A program made the position numbers and the translations under genes. From the UHGV virus genome UHGV-0204798: a DNA stretch of 23,284 nt; one strand, given 5' to 3'. Numbering within the stretch: position 1 is the first letter of the stretch; every line of letters starts with the position of its first letter. This stretch comes from a virus. Shown here one piece after another: positions 1-8,026 of this stretch. The notes beneath the pieces were generated by a model. That model had not been told where the DNA came from and searched no databases. It saw nothing but the letters and a program-made list of their open reading frames with translations.

Positions 1-64
1 CGCAAGGTGTTTTAACAAATCAAAAGGGGTTTTAATAACTGGCTCAAAGCTGAAAGCTTTCCGG

Positions 65-89
65 AACCCCCAGCCTAGCCGGGGGTTTT
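65..89 (+). terminator. Terminator-like GC hairpin (AACCCCC-N9-GGGGGTT) followed by TTTC
   Basis: Perfect 7-bp stem at 65-71/81-87 with a 9-nt loop; the T run forms the 3' side of the stem. A second 7-bp hairpin (CGGGTGC-ATA-GCACCCG) sits at 104-120. Oriented for plus-strand transcription entering from the left. Confidence 0.35.
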
Positions 90-208
90 CTGTGCACAAT
101 AAGCGGGTGCATAGCACCCGTAGTTATCATACAGATACACCATCAGCTCTTTTCCATGTGGATGTGGTTATGTTCCACCAAATAGGAAGGCCGAGCGTTG
201 TATCGTAG

Positions 209-411
209 TATTCAACTGGCACAGTTGGAGAGACAGGCCTCTGCGCAGTTGTACCATATAACAAAGATGTCAACGGAGAAGTGCAGGCCGCAAACTGACT
301 GATGATGAAAAAACGCGGCTGAATGCGGTACTCGACTACATCGACGCAGTGACAGCAGTTGATGCTGACCCTGCGCCTGATATCAACTGGCCCGCTCCCC
401 CGGTTGCGTAG
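209..411 (+). pseudogene. Decayed tail fibre assembly (tfa-like) remnant, inverted relative to the intact tfa
   Basis: Plus-strand frame ending at TAG 409-411 translates to ...[39 protein letters not shown], which parallels the C-terminus of the minus-strand Tfa (...ATDDEQALL...[16 protein letters not shown]). An upstream frame-shifted segment (209-298) reads ...CAVVPYNKDVNGEVQAAN, resembling the Tfa N-terminus ([12 protein letters not shown]). No in-frame start and frames are broken. Confidence 0.4.
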
Positions 412-787
412 GCCACTCTATTTCGGGTGCCGCTGAGGTATCAACACGGTTCAGCAGTACCCTGTATTTTTTCCACGCCAGCAGTAACGCCTGTTCATCG
501 TCTGTCGCCATTTCCAAATCAACGGCATCCTGCAGCGGTGCTATTGTGTTATTTGCTACGGTCAGTAGTGCTGATTTCTGCAGCTCAGCCTCCGCAACTA
601 ACGCGTTGTGAGAGCGTTCTGGGGGAGGTGGCGCGGTAAATACTCCGTCTGAATATGACCAACCGATGCCAGCATCGCCGTTTAACGGAACTAAATTACC
701 AGCCTCTGGTTTCCATTCAGAAATTCCGTCCCAGATAATGACATTAATAACAACGTTATTATCAACAACTGCATAGACATCATTCAT
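383..787 (-). CDS. Tail fibre assembly protein (Tfa-like chaperone)
   Basis: 134-aa ORF with ATG at 785-787 directly after the TAA of the upstream fibre gene. C-terminal PEIEWP motif, as I recall for the Tfa family, and position immediately downstream of the tail fibre gene. Confidence 0.7.
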   Translation of the reverse strand: MNDVYAVVDNNVVINVIIWDGISEWKPEAGNLVPLNGDAGIGWSYSDGVFTAPPPPERSHNALVAEAELQKSALLTVANNTIAPLQDAVDLEMATDDEQALLLAWKKYRVLLNRVDTSAAPEIEWPTQPGERAS

Positions 788-1828
788 TTACATGTACTCC
801 CGAATTACCAGCACGCCATTTGCTCCGTGCCCGCCACGTCCTGACGTGTGTGAATAGCTATTATCGTATGCACCCCCGCCGCCGGAGCCAGAGCAAACTC
901 CAGGATTACCGATCAGTAGCCCAGCACGGCCGCCGCCACCCCAATAGCTCGATGCCCCATTGCCTGCTAATAGCGCCTGGCCCGCCTGTCCGTCTGAACC
1001 GTCTCCGCCTTGTTCAGTTTTATAACCGCCAGAGCCTGAGCCACCGCGCCCGCCAGCGGTATTTGTAGCGCCGCTCCATTGCCCACCCTGGCCGCCGAGC
1101 GCAATTAATGTCATGAACAAACTATTACCGCCATTATTTCCAGGCCCTGGCCCATTGGCACCACTACCACCGCTACCAATTGTCACTGTATAGGTCCCTG
1201 GCCCGGCATCGTTGTCTGTCGCATAAATAGTGGCAAAAACAGTACCTCCGGCTCCTCCGCCAGCCCCTGAAAATGTCTGATTTGCGTTCTCCGCGTTACA
1301 TCCACCGCCACCGCCGCCCGCCGCAGTCAGAATAACGTCAATTCGTTTTACGTCAGCTGGCCACGTATATAAACCCGACGATGAAAAAACGACAGTTTTG
1401 CTGTAACGCCCCGAGCCATCTCCCAAACCAAGGTATGAAAGAGCATCTTTCCACCCTGCACCATTGTTGTTAGGATCAAATAAATTTCCTTCTGTTGTAT
1501 TAATGAATATTCTCTCCCCATCGTCAGAGATGAGCATCGCCCCTGACGGATATCCAGAAATCTCCGAAGCAAACTCAGAATCAAAAGTGTTCAGCGCCCC
1601 TGTGCTCGACCATCTACCAAGAGCCGAAAGTTCGTATAAAATTTGGTTCATATCCTGGCCTTTTGGCGGCAAACCTCCAGCAGATTTCAGGATCATTGTT
1701 ATTGGAGGAAACCCCTGTTCATACGATGCTGAGTTATCACCTGCAGGGGTGGTTGGCAATATTGCCCCTCTCTGTCCATTAACTCCAAATGGCTTAGGTT
1801 GTTTTTTAGGTGAGTCAGAACGATTCAT
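788..1828 (-). CDS. Tail fibre protein with glycine-rich collagen-like repeats
   Basis: 346-aa ORF, ATG at 1826-1828 with AGGA about 9 nt upstream. Long Gly-rich tracts (GGGGGG, GSGGSGANGPGPGNNGG, GGRGGSGSGG). Located between baseplate genes and tfa. Confidence 0.6.
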   Translation of the reverse strand: MNRSDSPKKQPKPFGVNGQRGAILPTTPAGDNSASYEQGFPPITMILKSAGGLPPKGQDMNQILYELSALGRWSSTGALNTFDSEFASEISGYPSGAMLISDDGERIFINTTEGNLFDPNNNGAGWKDALSYLGLGDGSGRYSKTVVFSSSGLYTWPADVKRIDVILTAAGGGGGGCNAENANQTFSGAGGGAGGTVFATIYATDNDAGPGTYTVTIGSGGSGANGPGPGNNGGNSLFMTLIALGGQGGQWSGATNTAGGRGGSGSGGYKTEQGGDGSDGQAGQALLAGNGASSYWGGGGRAGLLIGNPGVCSGSGGGGAYDNSYSHTSGRGGHGANGVLVIREYM

Positions 1829-1830
1829 GC

Positions 1831-2469
1831 TTAATTCCTATAAAATGTGCCATCATTAAACGGATAGGCATCAGATGAAAAACCAAAATAAGGGGAAATG
1901 ATTTTACGTATATTTACCAGAACACCACTCGGGACGGGCATCACCTCATAATTCGTGAGAATCGATTCTTCGTATGTCGCAAGCTCAAATTCAAACGTTA
2001 TTCCTATTGTCATATCTCGATAATTTACGCAATATGCTCTCCCTCTTTGATAAAACAATATTTTTAGAAACCTGTTTATTTCAGGTATCGTGGCAATACT
2101 TATATTTGTGAATGCTTTGCAAAATATGAGAGTTCTGTAAGCATCATCACTCAACCTGACATTCGTTGTATCCTGTACACCACCAAAAAAAGGTGAATCG
2201 TTGAAAGGAGTTGGGTAATCTGGATCTTTGCCATCTGCTTCATTGAATCCGAAAGAACTGGATTCTATTGGAGCATTAATATAACGGCTTATTCCAACTA
2301 TTTTACCCCACATGTCCAACCCGAATGTCTCACAGGTGGTCAAATCCCATATTTTTTTAATAAACTCATCAGTGAAATCATCAAGGCTAATTGCCTGATT
2401 AAAGGTATCAATGATGGATAGTAATTTTTTGCTTGCAGAGTACTGGGTAAGAATTGTGTCTTCCCACAT
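1831..2469 (-). CDS. Tail/baseplate protein (fibre-attachment position, P2 gpI-like by synteny)
   Basis: 212-aa ORF tightly packed between the baseplate J-like gene and the tail fibre gene. Function inferred from gene order only. Confidence 0.4.
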   Translation of the reverse strand: MWEDTILTQYSASKKLLSIIDTFNQAISLDDFTDEFIKKIWDLTTCETFGLDMWGKIVGISRYINAPIESSSFGFNEADGKDPDYPTPFNDSPFFGGVQDTTNVRLSDDAYRTLIFCKAFTNISIATIPEINRFLKILFYQRGRAYCVNYRDMTIGITFEFELATYEESILTNYEVMPVPSGVLVNIRKIISPYFGFSSDAYPFNDGTFYRN

Positions 2470-2479
2470 ACCGCTCCCC

Positions 2480-3709
2480 CTACGACACTGTAACAGTAAT
2501 ATCTGATTCCTGAATGGTTGGAGCCTGGTCTATGCCCATAGTCACAGCAGGTCCGTATAGTGAACCATCGAGAGAAATTTCAAGAGACAAAATGCCAACT
2601 GTATCAGGAGATATTGAAATAACAGGGGCATAGTATTTACCAGCATTTATCGTAGAACCAATTCGTGCCTTTCCAATACCCTCATACCCTCCATTGAATA
2701 CAGTAGCAACCATTTTCTTTACTTGCTTAGTTATATCACTTGGTGGATTTAGTGAGGTATCGATATTTACCTTAAAGTAAACCCGCGTAGGTGATGCCTT
2801 TTGCCATTGCATAACGTAAGATGGATATGGCGGCATGTAATTAACGTTATCGTAAACAGTGAACGTTGTATCACCATTCATATTGGCCCCGGGGTTATAA
2901 GTATTGAATATTGACTCAGCAACATCCGTATCAGCCCCGCCATAAACACAAATATAAACAGAATGCGCAAGAATCTGGAAATTCGTTGTTCCTTTATTTA
3001 CTGTTTCTGCAGTTCTGTTTGACCATACGTAAGCATCAAGCACACCATCAGTCGCAAGTAACGCTGCTAATGTAGATGCGTCCTGATTTCGACTGTTTCT
3101 GGCAACTGATTGTCTCCGGCGAGTTTCAAAGGCGATACGTGATTCAACATCAACACCAACGACTCCAGGGCTAATATTATTTACAGCATCCCACCCCGAA
3201 ACGGCTCGATAAATCTGGTTCAGTGAACCGGCTGCACACGGAATTGGCCCGGTTGTTGTGTTGACAAACTGCACATCAACAGAGCCTGATGAGGGTATTA
3301 CGGCATTGTCAATTGACTGATATATATACCCGCTCGTATCCACAGCGGTACTCCCTGCTGGTATTGTTGTTCCAACCTGACCAATGCATGTTGCCGTAAC
3401 AACTGTCCCCTGAGCAGCGATCCGTTCCATAAAGTAAATCCGGCCAATCCCGTCCTGGAATCTGCCAGTTGAAAAGTCAGGGTTAATTTGATTAAACAAA
3501 CAAAGAAGCTTGTCGTATTCCTGAGCGATAATTTCAGTGTCAGACTGGGCGATCTGCCCTTGCGGTGAACTCAGTGATTGACTTGCACCACCACCAAGAG
3601 CAGTTGACATGTCTGTAAGTCTTCCCGCCAGCACATCCGCTATGTCGGGAACCGAAAGACCGTTTTCAGTGATGGTTACATCAGGAACAGCCGTATTTAA
3701 TATCGTCAT
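2480..3709 (-). CDS. Baseplate J-like protein
   Basis: 409-aa ORF; ATG at 3707-3709 overlaps the upstream stop (ATGA coupling). Size and position (after the small wedge protein, before fibre genes) fit the baseplate J family. Confidence 0.55.
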   Translation of the reverse strand: MTILNTAVPDVTITENGLSVPDIADVLAGRLTDMSTALGGGASQSLSSPQGQIAQSDTEIIAQEYDKLLCLFNQINPDFSTGRFQDGIGRIYFMERIAAQGTVVTATCIGQVGTTIPAGSTAVDTSGYIYQSIDNAVIPSSGSVDVQFVNTTTGPIPCAAGSLNQIYRAVSGWDAVNNISPGVVGVDVESRIAFETRRRQSVARNSRNQDASTLAALLATDGVLDAYVWSNRTAETVNKGTTNFQILAHSVYICVYGGADTDVAESIFNTYNPGANMNGDTTFTVYDNVNYMPPYPSYVMQWQKASPTRVYFKVNIDTSLNPPSDITKQVKKMVATVFNGGYEGIGKARIGSTINAGKYYAPVISISPDTVGILSLEISLDGSLYGPAVTMGIDQAPTIQESDITVTVS

Positions 3710-4065
3710 AAGGTGGCCTGTGCAATATTACCATTGATATCTGTAACGCGGATTGTGCCGCGAGTTGTGCGTGTATTCTTGTCAAAGAAAACTGATGCCA
3801 GAGCATCCTCAACGACAGGTAATTTGAGTGCTTCAGCCTGCATTTTCTGAGCAATAAAACCAGGAGATGGTCGCCTGCCAAGAACTTCTGCCTTCCATGG
3901 GATCCCAAGTGTATTGTCGTAATAACACTCTCCTGAAAACACCAGGCATGCACTGGCGACATCCTGAGCAACAGAATATGATTCTTCTGCGATCGCCAGA
4001 TTGCCATTTCCGTCAAGCATCAAGTCCCACGTAGAAGTGTCCAGTTGCATAGTTCTGTATGTCAT
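3706..4065 (-). CDS. Small baseplate wedge protein (gpW/GP46-like by position)
   Basis: 119-aa ORF translationally coupled to its neighbours on both sides. Assignment by size and synteny. Confidence 0.4.
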   Translation of the reverse strand: MTYRTMQLDTSTWDLMLDGNGNLAIAEESYSVAQDVASACLVFSGECYYDNTLGIPWKAEVLGRRPSPGFIAQKMQAEALKLPVVEDALASVFFDKNTRTTRGTIRVTDINGNIAQATL

Positions 4066-4754
4066 GTCGGTTTATCCGTTGCATTGGAATTTATTGTTGA
4101 CCCACCACTTTGTACTCCTGAAACAGAATGTTTGTGATTGTTATAGTTGTCCCTTAAATTTTTAACAGTAGATGACTGTGAACTTGCGTTATCCTGAATA
4201 TCGCCGCTAACTTTAAGTAAAGGTGTATTCATGTTGACTCCACCAGGAGCATCAATATTTAACGATGAACATTTAATATTTAGTGGATTAGGCGTGGTTA
4301 TGTTTATTGCACCATCAGCAAATTCAATGAATTGAGTAGGCGCAATGTTTAATACCCCACCAAGATAAATTGCATCAGATTTGCTGTGTCGTCTTTTGCT
4401 TCCAGGTACTGATTCTTTACGATTTTTTCTTACCAGTGATGTGTCTTTGTCGCAGACCGCAATCAGACCAATATCACCTGACACAGGGTCCATAATTACA
4501 GCACTGTTACCTCTCTGCAACCGCCATACGGGAAGATCATATAAAACTGAGTTAGAAATCATTTTTCCTGTACGGTCTGTTCTGGTAAGCAAAGGAAGAG
4601 CATCAACAACTAAATCTGGTGCCTCACCCCTGACTTCCTGAACTTTTGCTAACTCAATGAAGAAATATCCAGACATCAGCATCTCAAAAATATATTCCTG
4701 AGATTGAGCCTCACTTACCTGAGCAGGCGTTGGAGTAAATAGTTGCTTATCCAT
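4062..4754 (-). CDS. Baseplate central spike/hub protein (Gp138 N-domain-like)
   Basis: Track ORF 4062-4847 trimmed to the ATG at 4752-4754 (MDKQLFTPTP...), which lies just past the upstream stop at 4747-4749. Residues such as DLPVWRLQRGNSAVIMDPVSGDIGLIAV resemble spike N-terminal domains, recalled from memory. Confidence 0.45.
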   Translation of the reverse strand: MDKQLFTPTPAQVSEAQSQEYIFEMLMSGYFFIELAKVQEVRGEAPDLVVDALPLLTRTDRTGKMISNSVLYDLPVWRLQRGNSAVIMDPVSGDIGLIAVCDKDTSLVRKNRKESVPGSKRRHSKSDAIYLGGVLNIAPTQFIEFADGAINITTPNPLNIKCSSLNIDAPGGVNMNTPLLKVSGDIQDNASSQSSTVKNLRDNYNNHKHSVSGVQSGGSTINSNATDKPT

Positions 4755-5736
4755 TATTCTGTTGCACCTCTGATCTTTGTTCCGCTGTTCTGGCGGCAAT
4801 ACATATTGAGTGCCATGAACCATTTGGCATCCATGATGATAATTCATGCCGAACGGAGGTTAACTTATACCTTCCGCTTGCGTGTGGTAGTTCTGTTTTG
4901 ATATCCACATATCTTCCAATGCAAAGGAGAGATGAATATTGCGTCTGAAACATCAGTCCCCCATTTGAAAATACAGGATATCCAACAAGTCCGTATTCTC
5001 TGGATATAAACGGAATTACATCGTCTCTGTTTTTTTCTGAAGGCCAGAACTCTACTTTTGTCGGTGGCGTGGCTGACATCGCCAGTCCATAATCTGAACA
5101 GACCCTATAAAGTTGCTCAAAAACACTTCCTTCAAAATGCGGACTTCCTGATGTTGTCATCCCTTTTACATTATTAAACACAGCCTCATAACCTGCACTT
5201 GCACAAATGTATGAGATGACATCTTCAACACTTTGCGCACCCTGTGCTGTAAACGGGCTTGCTGGCATGTTCTGTAAATCAACATTAGAAGAGGCTGTTA
5301 TCATCAGACTGCTTTCAGGAGCAGAATTCATGTTTGCTATTGATGAAAGCATCGTGCCGGAGAAAACAAGAGAATCATCAGCAAATACCTCAACATTTAA
5401 CTTCTGACCTTCCCCAACAATACCATCAGCCTTCCCTGATATATCAGCAAGTCTTTCAATTCCTAACCCGTAAAGAGATATATCAGCCTGAGCACCTCCC
5501 CGACCGGTAACAAAGTTCAGGGATACTGTTGACTTAACATTTCTGATGGAGATTTTATTGTTTCCATTTTTATCAAATGCTGATGATTCATTCGTGAAGT
5601 CAAACCGAAGACTGTGATTTTTATACAAGCTCGTTTTCCTCGATGTAGTACAGCAAGTAACGGCTACCCAAGCCTTCCCATTGCGGGTCCGATTCCCCAT
5701 CATTATCAATGAAAATAAGGTCTCCCTTAAATCCAA
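4747..5736 (-). CDS. Tail/baseplate structural protein; start uncertain
   Basis: 329-aa track ORF. Its 5' end overlaps the upstream 100-aa ORF by about 116 nt, so the real start is probably internal (for example TTG at 5626-5628). Confidence 0.45.
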   Translation of the reverse strand: MDLRETLFSLIMMGNRTRNGKAWVAVTCCTTSRKTSLYKNHSLRFDFTNESSAFDKNGNNKISIRNVKSTVSLNFVTGRGGAQADISLYGLGIERLADISGKADGIVGEGQKLNVEVFADDSLVFSGTMLSSIANMNSAPESSLMITASSNVDLQNMPASPFTAQGAQSVEDVISYICASAGYEAVFNNVKGMTTSGSPHFEGSVFEQLYRVCSDYGLAMSATPPTKVEFWPSEKNRDDVIPFISREYGLVGYPVFSNGGLMFQTQYSSLLCIGRYVDIKTELPHASGRYKLTSVRHELSSWMPNGSWHSICIAARTAEQRSEVQQNNG

Positions 5737-5923
5737 GGTAGGAATATCTTACCATCTTATTCCCATACAGACATGGAACGCCCTGCATAATTGGGACTTC
5801 ATTAACAGTTAAATCCATGTACATAAAACTCTGTCGCTGAACAAGTTTTATATTACATTGCTGACCAGCCAGACTTACCGAAATGGACTGAGATTTGCTG
5901 GGAAGAACAGATACTGTAATCAT
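5621..5923 (-). CDS. Small tail structural protein
   Basis: 100-aa ORF with ATG at 5921-5923 overlapping the upstream stop. Confidence 0.4.
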   Translation of the reverse strand: MITVSVLPSKSQSISVSLAGQQCNIKLVQRQSFMYMDLTVNEVPIMQGVPCLYGNKMVRYSYLGFKGDLIFIDNDGESDPQWEGLGSRYLLYYIEENELV

Positions 5924-6735
5924 GTACTCGCCTTAACTATATTTTTTGCAATATCTGCCGCTTTTTTTGTTGCGCTGTTTGTAACTTCGAGTATTGGTTT
6001 AGACACCGTATCAAGAGCACTCTGAAATTCAGTCTTTATTGTGCCGGAGATTTTTCCAGTGATTTCGCCAACAGATGACTTCAGTGATGACCATGATTTA
6101 CTTAGCTCATCGACAGTAGATTCCCTGGCTCCGCCATTGGTTATTTGCGGATCAACTCCTACATCACCCTGTGACTTATTGTTATCCGTTGGCTTCTGTT
6201 CTGACTGAGATCCAGAGAGAATAACTTCCATTTGCTGAATGACCTCCTGAAAATCAAGATAAACCGTCAGAAGAGTCACCCCTTTTTGAGAGTTAACTTC
6301 GTAATAGTGGTCAACAAGGTCGAAACTCTCCAGAGTTTCCTTTGGCGTTTCAATATCGTATGTTTTTGCAGAGGACAGCATCGTTTTGATTGTGTTCAGC
6401 GTGCTGTTCTGGCTTGTGAATGTGAGATCGAAAATATTCGGGATATTGCCGGAAAAACCAGTAAGACCATTTACGATGATTGCGCATCTTACCCTGGCGG
6501 GTTCTTTAACTTTGTTGATGGACTGGTATTTCCCTTTCTCCACCGGAGCGTTTGTTATTTGCGCCCTGCCACTTGGCTGCACGGATGCCATACCACTGAA
6601 CTCAAGAGCAACCTCGCCAGTTTCCCTGTCACGAATCACATACTGGGGATGCAGAACGCTGTCGATAATCGAAAGCGGAGAGCCGCCACCGATAGCATTG
6701 AATATGTCTGCTGTGTTTAAATCGATTATGCCCAT
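5920..6735 (-). CDS. Tail structural protein, first gene downstream of the regulatory island
   Basis: 271-aa ORF with ATG at 6733-6735 and a GGAG Shine-Dalgarno 5 nt upstream. No enzymatic motif recognised. Confidence 0.45.
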   Translation of the reverse strand: MGIIDLNTADIFNAIGGGSPLSIIDSVLHPQYVIRDRETGEVALEFSGMASVQPSGRAQITNAPVEKGKYQSINKVKEPARVRCAIIVNGLTGFSGNIPNIFDLTFTSQNSTLNTIKTMLSSAKTYDIETPKETLESFDLVDHYYEVNSQKGVTLLTVYLDFQEVIQQMEVILSGSQSEQKPTDNNKSQGDVGVDPQITNGGARESTVDELSKSWSSLKSSVGEITGKISGTIKTEFQSALDTVSKPILEVTNSATKKAADIAKNIVKAST

Positions 6736-6750
6736 CTACTCTCCATTAAA

Positions 6751-6774
6751 CAAAAAACCCAGCCGAAGCTGGGT
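6751..6774 (-). terminator. Intrinsic terminator downstream of ant
   Basis: Hairpin ACCCAGC-CGAA-GCTGGGT (6757-6763 / 6768-6774) followed on the minus strand by a TTTTTTG run (plus 6751-6756 is CAAAAA). Sits about 20 nt after the ant stop and just upstream of the next gene's RBS. Confidence 0.6.
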
Positions 6775-6792
6775 CGTTGCGTTGGTTATCTG

Positions 6793-7719
6793 TCAGTAGT
6801 TATGTACTGAAGGAGGTAATTCTTTATTCTTAAGTCTCATCCATGCGGAAAGATTCGTTGGTCCGTCTGGCTCATTGATATCAACATCTCGTGTGTGGTT
6901 TATTAAAACGTCTCTCGCCATTCCGATAACATACGAGAATTCATGACCGTAGTCGTAGCATCTGCCGGAATAGTTCGATTGAATTTGTTTTAGCGCCGGA
7001 TACAGTTCGCGGAATAATGCCTGTGAACGGTTGGCATAATCCCATAACCATACAAGGCTGTTTGCTTCTTTTGCAGAAAGCTCGTTTGCTTTCTTCTCTT
7101 GTTTGCCGATGAACTCACCTTCAAGCGGAACTCGAGCTGCAAGTGACAGTGCTTCGGTAAACTGCTCCTCACTGATTTCTTTGTATGAACATCCAAAATG
7201 GGATTTCAGTGACGACCACATGGTAATCATCGCCTTCGCCTGTTTTTCTTTTGGCAGAGACTGACCGCGACTCATGACAAGTTGTTTAATGGCTTCCTGC
7301 TGTTCAGTGGTGATTTTGCCCGGCAACGCCTTTTTAGCTTTGCGTGGATTAACCACATGGCCTTTAGTCCAGTACTCATAGAGCACATCGTCACACTCTT
7401 CCTGATACTGGATTACCTTGTCGCGGATTTCAGGGCGGACTTTGTTAGGACTGATGGTTTGCAGCCAGCCAGCAAGTTTGCGAAGTGCCAAACAAATAAT
7501 CTCACGGCACTGTTCATCACCAGGAAGCTGCATTGTGATTTTCACAATGGAGGTTTTAAACCGTTGCTTTATTTTCGTAAACTGTGAAGCCCAATCCATA
7601 CCCATTCCCTCAACGATAGGTTTCATTGGGGTGTACGGTTCGCCGTTGTGATTGACAACATAAAGCTCTGCGCCGTGAAATGGCACGTTGATAGTAGATA
7701 CCGCGGTTGCTATACTCAT
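6793..7719 (-). CDS. ant: Phage antirepressor (Ant-like)
   Basis: Track ORF 6793-7773 starts with GTG; the likely start is ATG at 7717-7719 (MSIATAVSTINVPFHGAELYVV...) with AAGGA 9 nt upstream. N-terminal NVPFxGxELYVV...HNGEPYTPMKPIVEGMGMDW block recalled as typical of enterobacterial phage antirepressors. Lies directly downstream of an Arc-like gene and divergent from an Mnt-like gene. Confidence 0.65.
   Translation of the reverse strand: MSIATAVSTINVPFHGAELYVVNHNGEPYTPMKPIVEGMGMDWASQFTKIKQRFKTSIVKITMQLPGDEQCREIICLALRKLAGWLQTISPNKVRPEIRDKVIQYQEECDDVLYEYWTKGHVVNPRKAKKALPGKITTEQQEAIKQLVMSRGQSLPKEKQAKAMITMWSSLKSHFGCSYKEISEEQFTEALSLAARVPLEGEFIGKQEKKANELSAKEANSLVWLWDYANRSQALFRELYPALKQIQSNYSGRCYDYGHEFSYVIGMARDVLINHTRDVDINEPDGPTNLSAWMRLKNKELPPSVHNY
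7688..7716 (+). promoter_or_regulatory. Candidate sigma70 promoter firing antisense to ant (Psar-like)
   Basis: TTGATA (7688-7693), 17-nt spacer, TATACT (7711-7716). The -10 element overlaps the ant start codon on the opposite strand. Confidence 0.4.
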
Positions 7720-7722
7720 TTC

Positions 7723-7793
7723 GTTAGTTCCTTGGAAGTTACTGACATAGAAGCCCGATTTGTGTTCGCGCACTGTCGGGCTTCGCTATTTTT
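7723..7793 (+). ncRNA. Candidate ~70-nt antisense RNA covering the ant RBS (sar-like)
   Basis: Predicted start about 7 nt after the -10 element. Ends at a 9-bp hairpin GAAGCCCGA/TCGGGCTTC (7750-7758 / 7776-7784, 17-nt loop) followed by GCTATTTTT (T run 7789-7793). Complementary to the ant Shine-Dalgarno (plus 7729-7733) and the arc-ant intergenic region. Confidence 0.4.
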
Positions 7794-7959
7794 ATGTCCT
7801 AGCATTCTTCTCTCCAATCAGTCCGTACACTTTTCTCAATTGATAAACAAGTTCCGTGTTGAACTGTCGACACTCTTTTTCTCCATTTCTTTCAATCGCC
7901 TTCCTTACATCCTCTGGGAAACGAACCTTGCGTTGATACATGTCTTTTGCTTTTTCCAT
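7792..7959 (-). CDS. arc: Arc-like ribbon-helix-helix DNA-binding protein (55 aa), not in the ORF track
   Basis: Codon-by-codon reading of the minus strand from ATG (plus 7957-7959) to TAA (plus 7792-7794) gives MEKAKDMYQRKVRFPEDVRKAIERNGEKECRQFNTELVYQLRKVYGLIGEKNART. AAGGAG Shine-Dalgarno 5 nt upstream. Beta-strand (KVRFP) then two helices, the RHH pattern of P22 Arc. Sits immediately upstream of ant. Confidence 0.6.
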   Translation of the reverse strand: MEKAKDMYQRKVRFPEDVRKAIERNGEKECRQFNTELVYQLRKVYGLIGEKNART

Positions 7960-7976
7960 CTCCACTCCTTAAATAG

Positions 7977-7989
7977 CCTCACTGTGGGG
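7977..7989. promoter_or_regulatory. Operator-like imperfect palindrome CCTCACtGTGGGG
   Basis: 11 of 13 positions symmetric. Lies in the 5' leader of the leftward arc-ant transcript, between the -10 element and the arc Shine-Dalgarno. Confidence 0.45.
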
Positions 7990-7997
7990 TAGTCAAA

Positions 7998-8026
7998 ATT
8001 GTCACACCGTGCGTCATTGAAGTCAA
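7998..8026 (-). promoter_or_regulatory. Candidate leftward promoter for arc-ant (Pant-like)
   Basis: Minus strand reads TTGACT (plus 8021-8026), 17-nt spacer, TGn-GACAAT (plus 7998-8003). Its -35 overlaps the -35 of the divergent rightward promoter. Confidence 0.45.

Noticed and set aside
427-639. Plus-strand 70-aa ORF antisense to tfa
   Set aside because: Nested in the intact tfa gene on the opposite strand with no start context. The genuine plus-strand signal nearby is the tfa-like remnant upstream, which is in different frames.
788-1828. Search for a Hin/Gin-type (hix/gix-like) inversion crossover site in or near the tail fibre gene
   Set aside because: No convincing 26-bp site with the AAACC...GGTTT dyad was found by eye. 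An A-rich stretch near 1875-1895 is not palindromic. An active invertible segment therefore cannot be claimed from this window.
6232-6799. Plus-strand ORFs (162 aa and 137 aa) antisense to the tail gene at 5920-6735
   Set aside because: Entirely nested antisense within a well-supported, translationally coupled minus-strand gene; no promoter or RBS context; typical shadow ORFs.
7282-7992. Plus-strand ORFs (101, 77 and 114 aa) antisense to ant and arc
   Set aside because: Nested antisense to the antirepressor and Arc-like genes. The only plus-strand element I consider plausible here is the short non-coding sar-like RNA, not these ORFs.
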